DNA of 63,958 nt, filler included, from Octopus bimaculoides (Eukaryota): assembly GCF_001194135.2 (NCBI RefSeq). It is 7 parts of 7 records of this genome, joined end to end, with 100 filler letters (N's around TTAATTAATTAA, not from the genome) between each part and the next. Parts side by side here need not be neighbours in the genome. Positions count along the whole stretch, not along the records: positions 39,936 to 57,206 come from NC_068986.1; positions 57,307 to 60,782 come from NW_026329633.1; positions 60,883 to 62,762 come from NW_026389260.1; 4 more parts are not named here. The stretch is one strand, 5' to 3'. The notes beneath the pieces are model-generated. The model saw nothing but the letters and a program-made list of their open reading frames with translations, did no database searches and had not been told where the DNA came from. The position numbers and the translations under genes are program-made. Positions 51,302 to 62,762 of this stretch are shown here, in pieces. Every line of letters begins with the position of its first letter. The stretch's first letter is position 1.

Positions 51302-52582
51302 GTCTAGGTATGTTCCTAGGAATGCATGCATAGGTCTATATATGAATGTGTATATATGTCTGCCAGCCACTATACTTATAAGAATTCTTTCTCCTATAGG
51401 CACAAGGTCTTAAATTTTGAAGAAGGGGCTAGTTGATAACATCGACCCCAGTGCTCAACTGGTTCTTATTTTTATACCGAAAGTATAAAAGGCAATGTCG
51501 ATTTCGACAGAATTTGAACTCGGGACGGTCGAAATGATGCTAGGCATTTCTTCCGGTGTGCTAACGATTCTGCCAGCTCGCTGCCTTCACTACATTAATA
51601 ATAATTTCAAACACGGGTAGATGGCTACAGAATTTGAAAGAGCATCAAATATAACTTCATCGTTTCCAGTATTTTTCTCTCATGCACAAAGCCAGCGATT
51701 TTCAGGGGTTAATCGATAGCGTCGAGTCCAGTACTTGACTGGTACTTTATTTTATCTACTCCGAAAGGACAAAAGGCAAGGTTGACCTCATTTCGGTGGG
51801 ATTTGAACTCAGAATGTAAAGAGATAGAACATATACCACAAGGCATTTGGTTCCATGTTCTAACGAGTGTATCAATCTATTGCTCTAACAGCCGTCAGCA
51901 ATTATAGCGGTCTGCCTTTGTGTCTCATGTTATGAACTATTATTCTGACCTCACCGAATAAGGTGGCAAACTAGTATAATCGTTAGCACCCCGGACAAAA
52001 CTGATTAGCGGAGCAAATCATTTTTAACAGGTAGCGATTTTACAAGAAATAAAGATGAATGTCACAACTAATTCTCAAATCAAATACGTGTAGTAATAAC
52101 GGTTTCACTTTTTGGCACAAGGCCACCAATTGTTGAGAGAGGGGGTTAGTCGCTCACATCGAACCTAGTGCTTGAGTAGTACTTTATTTTGTTGATCTCG
52201 AAAGAGTCGAATGCAAAATACAACTAGGCAGCATCTGAACTCAGAACGTGAGACGCTAGGAAAAATACTGTTAAGCATTTTTATCCAACGCGCCAAAGAC
52301 TCTACGAGCTCACCACCTCTATAGCAATAACATTGTTGATCACGGTATAATACTACAAAGATGAAACAAGGCGACGAACAGGCAGAATTGTTAGTATGCC
52401 AGACAAAATGTTTCGCGGCATTTCGTCCGTTTTTACGTTCTAAGTTCAAATTCTTTTGAGGTCGACTTTGCCTTTTCATCCTTTCGGAATCAATAAAAAT
52501 AAGTACCATTTGAGTACTGAGGTCGATGTAATCAACTTGTCTCCTCCCTGATTTTGCTGGCCTTGTACCAAAATTTGAAATC
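51136..52582. mobile_element. Cluster of six family A SINEs in mixed orientation
   Basis: 51136-51258 (+), 51384-51587 (-), 51683-51884 (-), 51960-52010 (+, head only), 52101-52318 (-) and 52368-52582 (+). Confidence 0.85.
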
Positions 52583-53572
52583 AATATCATACAGATGAAA
52601 AATGGTATTAATAGATTTGGTGACGATGATGATGTTGACAACGGCACTGCCAATGGCGTCAACGACGACGGCGGCGACGACGACGTCGAAGATGATGTTG
52701 TCGAAGAGAAGGGGGAGCTGTAAGATATAAAAATGTTATCGTAATAATGAAGGGTAGAGGCAAGGTGGTGCTTTCTCCTTCATTATCTATTTAAGTAAAG
52801 AATTCAATATTTATGTTTATACAAACACATACACGTACATACACAACACACACATGTATATATCTGCATGTGTGTGTTTGTGTGTGTGTGTTTCATGTGT
52901 ATGCGTATATGTTGAGTACATGTATGCGTGTATAGAAGTCTTTCTGGGAGAGGAAAGGGGGACGTATGTACAATGAGCAACAATTTTCAAACACAAAAAA
53001 TGTACCATATCCATCTTGCTAATCCTGTGTGTGAGTGTGTGTGTGCGTGTGTGAGTGTGCGTGCATGTGTGTGCGCGTGTGTGTGTATTTACATACATAC
53101 GCATATTCATATATATGTGTGTGTATGTGTGTGTGTGTACGCATAGACATATGCAAACATACATACACAAACACGCATACATACATATACACATACGTAC
53201 ATACACGCACACACACACATACATACATGCATACATACATAGATATCACAACATGAATGATAACAGCACGTCTTGTTAAGAATTACTTAACCATTACATT
53301 CAAAAATAAAAATATGAAATGGAATATATTTTTTCGGGAAGTCATCTACGGTCTATAAAATAAATTTAATGCAACGTCTGTCAGAAGATACTGACACTGG
53401 TATACGTCATAACACTGTAATTACAGTTCTTTTTATTGTTGTACCCATATATCCTTGAACTTTCACTTCCTGGCGCGAAATATTCCACTTAAGATCAAGC
53501 AATTTTTCAAAATAACTTGCGCTCCAATACTTAATATATAAATATTTGTGTTCAAACCACAAGACTAACATG

Positions 53573-53628
<56 letters not shown>

Positions 53629-53691
53629 CATGTATGTATGTATGTACATATTTATCTCTCTCTCTCTTTCATTCTCTCTCCGTCTGTGTGC

Positions 53692-53741
<50 letters not shown>

Positions 53742-54346
53742 TTTTATTCTTTTATAGGTTTCAGCCTTTAGGCTGTGGCCATGAGTACCATACGCTATGG
53801 ATTCAGAGACTTGTGTGGCTACCATAGTAAGCTCCTCTTAAGGACTCAGCTATCAGTCCAAGTAGTAAATTAGTAGTAATCAAAAGTAGTGTAATGTCAA
53901 ATAACAATATACATGAAGATTTAGAAAATCCAAGCGGTAAAATTATTCTCTGAGAAGTATATAACAACATACAATCATGAGATTTGATAGTTGAAAATAT
54001 GATTATTTAACCACGGGACTTCCATGAGAATTATCACCATCTACTTAAAGTATTAATTTCAGTATGCAACCAATTATGCCGACATGTTTGTTTCATATGC
54101 ATGCTTAGCATTATACAGTACATGTACAAATTATTGCAAATAAAGAAAGCTAGCCCATCAGATCATCAGCTCACTGGACTTATACTTTGTTCAATAGAGA
54201 GAGGCTTGTGGTTTAACGCAGCGCCGTTAAATACATGTTTATTAAATGGTACGCTTACTTACAATGTGAGCGCACACACGCACACCATGAACATATAACT
54301 TAAAGCGAAAATAAAAATGAAATGTTAGAACTTGTGAAGCATCTTA

Positions 54347-54438
54347 CATCACCTGACGAGGCCTTTTTGCACTGAGCGTTGCATCTGGTGTTATTAAATA
54401 GTTCCACACACAAAAATGAAGCCAAAACGATTGTTGTG
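54347..54438 (+). ncRNA. Degenerate hammerhead-like motif with long stem II insert
   Basis: CATCAC CTGACGA GGC...GCC AAAAC GATT GTTGTG. G12 appears lost by a CpG-type change. Confidence 0.4.
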
Positions 54439-54540
54439 CTAATAAATTTTTCTAGTTAAACTCCATCTTCTGTATTAATTTTTTTAAATATACCCTTTGT
54501 GCACCTCGGAATTTCGGACGTAGATCCGGTGACGAACGCA

Positions 54541-54634
54541 CAGTATAGCTGATGACGCCTGGTAGCCATAAATGGTGAACTTGCTCTGCAGGTACACTAC
54601 CTGAGACTTACTCTGAAACGAGGTTTGAATACTG
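54541..54634 (+). ncRNA. Degenerate hammerhead-like motif
   Basis: CAGTATAG CTGATGA...GAAAC GAG GTT TGAATACTG. CAGTAT/ATACTG can pair, but stem II is poor. Confidence 0.3.
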
Positions 54635-55383
54635 CATTTAATACCTATAATATGTATATATATNNNNNNNNNNNNNNNNNNNNNNNNNNNNNNNNNNNNN
54701 NNNNNNNNNNNNNNNNNNNNNNNNNNNNNNNNNNNNNNNNNNNNNNNNNNNNNNNNNNNNNNNNNNNNNNNNNNNNNNNNNNNNNNNNNNNNNNNNNNNN
54801 NNNNNNNNNNNNNNNNNNNNNNNNNNNNNNNNNNNNNNNNNNNNNNNNNNNNNNNNNNNNNNNNNNNNNNNNNNNNNNNNNNNNNNNNNNNNNNNNNNNN
54901 NNNNNNNNNNNNNNNNNNNNNNNNNNNNNNNNNNNNNNNNNNNNNNNNNNNNNNNNNNNNNNNNNNNNNNNNNNNNNNNNNNNNNNNNNNNNNNNNNNNN
55001 NNNNNNNNNNNNNNNNNNNNNNNNNNNNNNNNNNNNNNNNNNNNNNNNNNNNNNNNNNNNNNNNNNNNNNNNNNNNNNNNNNNNNNNNNNNNNNNNNNNN
55101 NNNNNNNNNNNNNNNNNNNNNNNNNNNNNNNNNNNNNNNNNNNNNNNNNNNNNNNNNNNNNNNNNNNNNNNNNNNNNNNNNNNNNNNNNNNNNNNNNNNN
55201 NNNNNNNNNNNNNNNNNNNNNNNNNNNNNNNNNNNNNNNNNNNNNNNNNNNNNNNNNNNNNNNNNNNNNNNNNNNNNNNNNNNNNNNNNNNNNNNNNNNN
55301 NNNNNNNNNNNNNNNNNNNNNNNNNNNNNNNNNNNNNNNNNNNNNNNNNNNNNNNNNNNNNNNNNNNNNNNNNNNNNNNNNNN

Positions 55384-56930
55384 TCTAAGGGATGGAGTAG
55401 GGTTGGATGGGATGTATAGGGATAGTGGGGTTGGAATGTGTAAGGGTGAGGGAAAGAGGGAGGGGTGATGATGAAGAGAGAGGGTGGAAGGGAAAAGGTG
55501 GGTAGTAGTGAAGGGGAAGTAGGTGCCAGAGCAAGAGAGGTGGGTGGGAGGAAGTAGGTGTGAGAGGAAGAGAGGAGAGATGGAGGGTTAGATGAAGAGG
55601 GGAGGAGAGTTGAGCTTATGTGGCGCAAAGGAGCGCTGAGACAAGGTTAATCCTTGCGCACGGTGAAGACGGGAATCCTGATGGCCCATGTGCAAGAGCA
55701 ATCCGAACACAGACAGGTGTTGTAAAGAGTGATCAGTAGAGCGGAAATGGCGCGAGACTGGAGTGTCGTTGCCGAGTCTGATGTCTCGGAGGTGTTCCGC
55801 GAACCGGTCAATCAAGCGGCGTCCCGTTTGACCGATGTATAGAGAAGAACAGAGAGAGAGCAGGAGATGCAGTAGATGACGTTGCTAGAAGTGCAGGTGA
55901 AGGAGTCAGTGATATGATTGGGTCGATGATGGGGATGCCGGTGAGGAGGGTGGTGTTGGAGAGGTAAGGGCAAGTGCGGCAGCGTGGGCAGGAGCAGGGG
56001 AACGAGCTGGGTTGGGAGGGTGGGTTAGGGAAGAAGCAGTGGAACAAGAGGTCTCGTAGGTTGTGGGCTCGTTTGAAGGAGGGAGGGGTTGGTTAGGGAA
56101 GATGTGCAAAGTGGAGGGGTGGGACTGGAGTAGCCGGAAGGATCGGAGAATCATGCGTTGGAGGTAGGGTGGTGGGGTGGTAGGTGAGGGAAAACAGGAG
56201 ACGGGTGACGGTGGGGTGGGTGCGGAAGTGCTCTGGCAAGGGTGGTGTGGATAGTGGTGAGGGGTTATCCACGTAGGATGAAGTGGCGAGCCATGAGTAG
56301 AGACTGAGTCCCAAATTCATGATTGTCACTGCAGAGCCTGTGTACAGGGAGGAATTGGGGAGAGGGGATGGAAAACTTGGTGTGTTTAGGGTGAGAGGAG
56401 ATGTTGAGGTATGAGTGTGATTCTGTGTGCTTGTAGTGGATGGAGGTGGTGAGAGTGGAGGGATGAATGCTGACAAAAATGTCGAGAAAGGCAACTGAGG
56501 TATCAGAAATAGTGCAGGAGAAGCGGAGGGCAGGATGGAAAGATTTGTCTAAAAAGACGAACGAGTCTGGATGTACGCGGGAGAGTGAGGTCGCAACGAT
56601 ACAGTCGTCAATATAACGACCTATAATTCAGGAGTGGTACCAGTGAAACTTGCGAATATTTGCGCCTTAACGTAGCCAACGAACACGTTCGCATAGTTGG
56701 GGCCCATTCTCGTTCCCATGGCCACTCCCGAGAAGTGCTGGTAAAAGATATCTGGAGATGAGTTTGGTGTCGCAGTTGCAGGCGGAGTCGATGGGGCGAC
56801 CAGGTTTGTTAGTCTTGTGGATTTTGGGGAGGAAGTAAATTGTGGGAGTACGAGGGGTGCAGAGAATGAGGTTAGAGGCGGTGGGGGTAAAACAGGAGGA
56901 GGAGATGAAGTCATGGATAGTAGAGGACAC
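55384..56930 (-). mobile_element. Penelope-like element (RT + GIY-YIG endonuclease), internally deleted and frameshifted
   Basis: YFLPKIHKTNKPGRPI, GVAMGTRMGPNYANVFVG and RYIDDC are RT motifs. CPRCRTCPY followed by R.IDRFAEHLRDI...PVSRHF marks the GIY-YIG region. A pyrimidine-rich 3' tail follows. Confidence 0.92.
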
Positions 56931-56931
56931 A

Positions 56932-57127
56932 GTGTTTCAGACATTTGACTGCGGCCATGCTTGAGTACCGCCTTTTGTCGAACAAATCGACTCGAGGACT
57001 TATTCTTTGTAAGGGTGATATTTACTCTATCGGTCATTTTGCCAAACCACTAGATTACGGAGATGTAAACACAGCAATATCGGTTGTCAAACAATGGGAG
57101 TGGGGCAAACACAGACACACAAACATA

Positions 57128-57206
<79 letters not shown>
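56932..57206 (-). mobile_element. Family B SINE 3' half running into (CA)n and a gap
   Basis: Reverse complement of the B tail. Confidence 0.85.
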
Positions 57207-57407
57207 NNNNNNNNNNNNNNNNNNNNNNNNNNNNNNNNNNNNNNNNNNNNTTAATTAATTAANNNNNNNNNNNNNNNNNNNNNNNNNNNNNNNNNNNNNN
57301 NNNNNNTATATATAATTTTGGGACTGCCATGTTGGCTTGGCGATAACTATTAATTTCCAGTACCGCTGCCGTAGTCTCCTTTAGAGAGACTTAGAAATAT
57401 TAATAAT

Positions 57408-57455
<48 letters not shown>

Positions 57456-57674
57456 TACAGACGAATATATATATATATATAGATAATTATACACATATAT
57501 ATGCATATACATTTATAGATATATACGTATATACGCACGTGTATATATGTATAAGTACATAAATCTACTCTCTAGATATTTATCGATGTATATATAGTTA
57601 GATATAAATGTATGCATATGTGTGTATAGAAATATATATTTGTGTGTGTGAAATATATATGTATATATATAGAA

Positions 57675-57708
<34 letters not shown>

Positions 57709-57820
57709 CTGTGTGTGTGTGTATGTATATATATAATCTTTCGCTTTGTCTGTTTTCGTCCACACACATAGGTATGTAATTGTGTGTATATATATTTATA
57801 AGTACATACGTGTGTCTATG

Positions 57821-57857
<37 letters not shown>

Positions 57858-58120
57858 NNNNNNNNNNNNNNNNNNNNNNNNNNNNNNNNNNNNNNNNNNN
57901 NNNNNNNNNNNNNNNNNNNNNNNNNNNNNNNNNNNNNNNNNNNNNNNNNNNNNNNNNNNNNNNNNNNNNNNNNNNNNNNNNNNNNNNNNNNNNNNNNNNN
58001 NNNNNNNNNNNNNNNNNNNNNNNNNNNNNNNNNNNNNNNNNNNNNNNNNNNNNNNNNNNNNNNNNNNNNNNNNNNNNNNNNNNNNNNNNNNNNNNNNNNN
58101 NNNNNNNNNNNNNNNNNNNC

Positions 58121-59128
58121 TACTATAGGCACAAAGCCTGTAATGGTAGGGGTGGGGGGCTAGTCGATTTCATCGACTCCACTGCTTAATTCATCGATCA
58201 TGAAAGGATGAAAGGTAAAGTCGACTTCGGCGGAATTTGAACTCAGAACGTAGCAGCGGGCGAAAAAAGCGCTAAGGATTTCACCCGGCGTGCTAACGAC
58301 TCTGCCAGCTCACTGCCCGGATAATAATAATTTAAAATTTTTGCCACAAGGGCAGTTTAGGGGAAGGGATTAAGTCGATTACGTCGACCGCAGTGCGTAA
58401 CTGGTAATTATTTAATCGACCCCGAAAGGATGAAAGGCAAAGTCTACCTCGGCGGAATTTGAACTTAGAACGTAGTGACGGGCGAAATAATTATACTACT
58501 ACTACTACTACTACTACTAATAATAATAATAATCCTTTCTACTGAAGGTACAAGGTACTTAATTTATCGATCTTGAAAGGATGAGAGGCAAGGTGACCTC
58601 GGCTGAATTTGAACTCAGAACGTAAGGACGGACGGAATGCCTCTAAGCATTTTGTCCGGCGTGCTAACGATTATACCAGCTCACTATCTTCTGAATAATT
58701 TTTTCTACTTATAGGCATAAGGCTTGGAATTTTGAGGGGAGGGGGTAAGTCGATTGCATTAAGCCCAGTGCCCAACTGGTCCTTATTTCATTGATCCCGA
58801 AATAATCAATGGCAAAGGCAGTCTCAATGAAATTTGATCTCAGAACATAAAAACGGATGAAATGCCGCTAGGCATTTTAACCGGAATGCTATCAATTCGA
58901 CCAGCTTACCACGCTAATAATAACGCTTTCAGATTCTGGCACAAGGCCAGCAATTTCGAGGGAGGGATTAAATCAATCCCAGTGTTCAACTGGTACTTAT
59001 TTTATCGACCCTGAAAAGATGAAGGGCAACGCCAGTCTCAGCGGAATTTGAACTCAAGAACGTAAAAACTGACGAAACGTTGCTAAGCGTTTTCCCGACA
59101 ACGCTAGCGATTCCGCCGCCTCACTGAC
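58121..59128 (-). mobile_element. Head-to-tail array of five family A SINEs
   Basis: Units at about 58121-58317, 58330-58487, 58531-58688, 58700-58915 and 58925-59128, separated by short AT- or TAA-rich spacers. Confidence 0.88.
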
Positions 59129-60012
59129 TTGAACAAGCGTATAACAAAATAAAAGTATTCTAGATGCTGTCCGTAACTGTTCCATGACTCAATAGTCTTG
59201 ACTCTTGAGTCAAGACTATTGAAAAGGTTACAAGACGCAACGAAAATTTTAGGAAAATATAAATAAGGAATAAGTGGAAATTTTACCGGTGAGTCTGTTA
59301 AATTATAAGGCACAAAAACAAAATGACTCTCCCCAGACACAACAGAATATGCTTCAACACACGAAATCACATTAAGAANNNNNNNNNNNNNNNNNNNNNN
59401 NNNNNNNNNNNNNNNNNNNNNNNNNNNNNNNNNNNNNNNNNNNNNNNNNNNNNNNNNNNNNNNNNNNNNNNNNNNNNNNNNNNNNNNNNNNNNNNNNNNN
59501 NNNNNNNNNNNNNNNNNNNNNNNNNNNNNNNNNNNNNNNNNNNNNNNNNNNNNNNNNNNNNNNNNNNNNNNNNNNNNNNNNNNNNNNNNNNNNNNNNNNN
59601 NNNNNNNNNNNNNNNNNNNNNNNNNNNNNNNNNNNNNNNNNNNNNNNNNNNNNNNNNNNNNNNNNNNNNNNNNNNNNNNNNNNNNNNNNNNNNNNNNNNN
59701 NNNNNNNNNNNNNNNNNNNNNNNNNNNNNNNNNNNNNNNNNNNNNNNNNNNNNNNNNNNNNNNNNNNNNNNNNNNNNNNNNNNNNNNNNNNNNNNNNNNN
59801 NNNNNNNNNNNNNNNNNNNNNNNNNNNNNNNNNNNNNNNNNNNNNNNNNNNNNNNNNNNNNNNNNNNNNNNNNNNNNNNNNNNNNNNNNNNNNNNNNNNN
59901 NNNNNNNNNNNNNNNNNNNNNNNNNNNNNNNNNNNNNNNNNNNNNNNNNNNNNNNNNNNNNNNNNNNNNNNNNNNNNNNNNNNNNNNNNNNNNNNNNNNN
60001 NNNNNNNNNNNN

Positions 60013-60061
<49 letters not shown>

Positions 60062-60248
60062 TATATACATACATATATATATATACATATATATATATAT
60101 ACATTATATATATATATATATATATGAAATCAGGGTGGGGTTTATATATGAGCTATATACTCCACTGCCCGTATTGAGTCCACCCAGCCTAAGTTATTGA
60201 ACGAAACCTACCAGTGATGATCTTTTTCGCCGGTCTGCTGGTCTGGTT

Positions 60249-60302
60249 ATGATAGTGACTTCGAAGTTTCGGCTTTATCACCTTCATCAGAGTGCCTCAT
60301 GA
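60249..60302 (-). ncRNA. Minimal hammerhead motif with canonical core
   Basis: CTGATGA A GGT-gataaa-GCC GAAAC TTCGAA GTC. It has a perfect ACTTCGAAGT palindrome and a GUC site; stem I is imperfect. Confidence 0.65.
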
Positions 60303-60304
60303 CG

Positions 60305-60415
60305 GTTTTTTGCTAGTTGAGTGAAATGGAGCAACGCGAAATGAAGTGTCTTGCTCAAGGACACAACGCGTCGCCGGGAATTGAACTCACGACCTAACCA
60401 CTAAGCCACGCACCT
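60305..60415 (-). mobile_element. Family D SINE head (internally deleted), directly upstream of the hammerhead
   Basis: TGGCTTAGTGGTTAGG...GAGTTCAATTCCCGG...TGTCCTTGAGCAAGACACTT. Confidence 0.8.
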
Positions 60416-60516
60416 TCGCTATCTATCTGTATATCTATATACACAAATTCGCACACACACACACGCACACACACACACACACACACACACCTGCAGATAC
60501 GCACACACCTGCAGAT

Positions 60517-60553
<37 letters not shown>

Positions 60554-60652
60554 CACACATATATATATATATATATATACACACATGCATACTCCCATAT
60601 ATACATACATATGTATGCTTTCATGTACATATGCATATATGATATATATTTG

Positions 60653-60689
<37 letters not shown>

Positions 60690-62310
60690 CGTGTACACAC
60701 ACATATATATATATGTATATATATATACACATGTACACACATATACATGCATTCATGTTCGTATATATATATATATATATATNNNNNNNNNNNNNNNNNN
60801 NNNNNNNNNNNNNNNNNNNNNNNNNNTTAATTAATTAANNNNNNNNNNNNNNNNNNNNNNNNNNNNNNNNNNNNNNNNNNNNAGGTGGTCAAACTCTGTG
60901 TAAGGAGTAGACAACCACCACCATATATATATGTATATATATGTATGTATATATATGTGTGTGTATGGATATGTATATATGTGGGTGTGTGTATATGTAT
61001 GTATATGTATATGTATATATATGTATGTATGTATGTATACGTATATATATGTATGTATGTATGTATACGTCAGGTCACTTTCAAGTGCTACTGGTAACAT
61101 GTAACCCAGTACAACCTGTTGCACGGTCAGGCCGTCGGCGACTAAACCGGCAATTCCACCAAGTTTCCTTGGTGAGGAGGGTGTTTATTGGACACCCTGT
61201 GGGATAAAAAACAAAATCCGTCAAAGGGCGGAGGAACTCTTGCGAGTCAACAGCCATCCAATGTGTGTGTAGTTATGTATTTACTCTATATCTCCACTTT
61301 TCTCTCACTAATCGTAGATATTGTAAATTTTTACAGTTTGCTCATTATATATATGAATAAAAAAAAAAAAGAAAAGGAGAANNNNNNNNNNNNNNNNNNN
61401 NNNNNNNNNNNNNNNNNNNNNNNNNNNNNNNNNNNNNNNNNNNNNNNNNNNNNNNNNNNNNNNNNNNNNNNNNNNNNNNNNNNNNNNNNNNNNNNNNNNN
61501 NNNNNNNNNNNNNNNNNNNNNNNNNNNNNNNNNNNNNNNNNNNNNNNNNNNNNNNNNNNNNNNNNNNNNNNNNNNNNNNNNNNNNNNNNNNNNNNNNNNN
61601 NNNNNNNNNNNNNNNNNNNNNNNNNNNNNNNNNNNNNNNNNNNNNNNNNNNNNNNNNNNNNNNNNNNNNNNNNNNNNNNNNNNNNNNNNNNNNNNNNNNN
61701 NNNNNNNNNNNNNNNNNNNNNNNNNNNNNNNNNNNNNNNNNNNNNNNNNNNNNNNNNNNNNNNNNNNNNNNNNNNNNNNNNNNNNNNNNNNNNNNNNNNN
61801 NNNNNNNNNNNNNNNNNNNNNNNNNNNNNNNNNNNNNNNNNNNNNNNNNNNNNNNNNNNNNNNNNNNNNNNNNNNNNNNNNNNNNNNNNNNNNNNNNNNN
61901 NNNNNNNNNNNNNNNNNNNNNNNNNNNNNNNNNNNNNNNNNNNNNNNNNNNNNNNNNNNNNNNNNNNNNNNNNNNNNNNNNNNNNNNNNNNNNNNNNNNN
62001 NNNNNNNNNNNNNNNNNNNNNNNNNNNNNNNNNNNNNNNNNNNNNNNNNNNNNNNNNNNNNNNNNNNNNNNNNNNNNNNNNNNNNNNNNNNNNNNNNNNN
62101 NNNNNNNNNNNNNNNNNNNNNNNNNNNNNNNNNNNNNNNNNNNNNNNNNNNNNNNNNNNNNNNNNNNNNNNNNNNNNNNNNNNNNNNNNNNNNNNNNNNN
62201 NNNNNNNNNNNNNNNNNNNNNNNNNNNNNNNNNNNNNNNNNNNNNGATTGTTGATAGTGCTGTGAGTCTCAACCAAATGGCTGGCTGTAGCCTTAAAAAG
62301 CAAACAATCA

Positions 62311-62762
62311 ATGATGTACCAAAACAGTAAAAAAATAAATGGCAGTAAGGACTCTGGAACCACATCAGATGAAAGAGTCTGGCCCGGCAGGGTATCCAGA
62401 GCATCACAGTCTGAACCCGGCCGTCATCATGCTACTGTGATAGAGCCAAATAAAATACTGAATATTGGCTGTTGGAATGTACGGACACTGCTTGACCGCA
62501 AGTCCTCAGAATGTCCTGAACGCAGGGCTGCTCTTGTTGTGAAGGAGCTTCGACGCTTTGATCTTGATATCGTTGCTTTGTCTGAGACGAGACTGGCTGG
62601 AGATGGTCATCTTACAGAATCTTGTGGAAAATATATATTCTTTTGGAAAGGGAGAGATGAAGAGCTTAGAAGAGAGGCTGAAGTGGCATTTGCTGTTAAG
62701 ACTATTCTTGTAGACATGTTGGAAGAATTCCCAGTCGGGATTAATGAGCGGCTTATGTCCAT
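62311..62762 (+). mobile_element. RTE-clade LINE 5' ORF, AP-endonuclease N-terminus
   Basis: Uninterrupted NIGCWNVRTLLD...PERRAALVVKELRRFDLDIVALSETRLAG.G.L.E...Y.FFWKG up to the gap. Confidence 0.9.

Noticed and set aside
58121-59128. Regularly spaced repeats as a CRISPR-like array
   Set aside because: The units are ~200-bp SINE copies in eukaryotic DNA, with no short identical repeats or cas genes.
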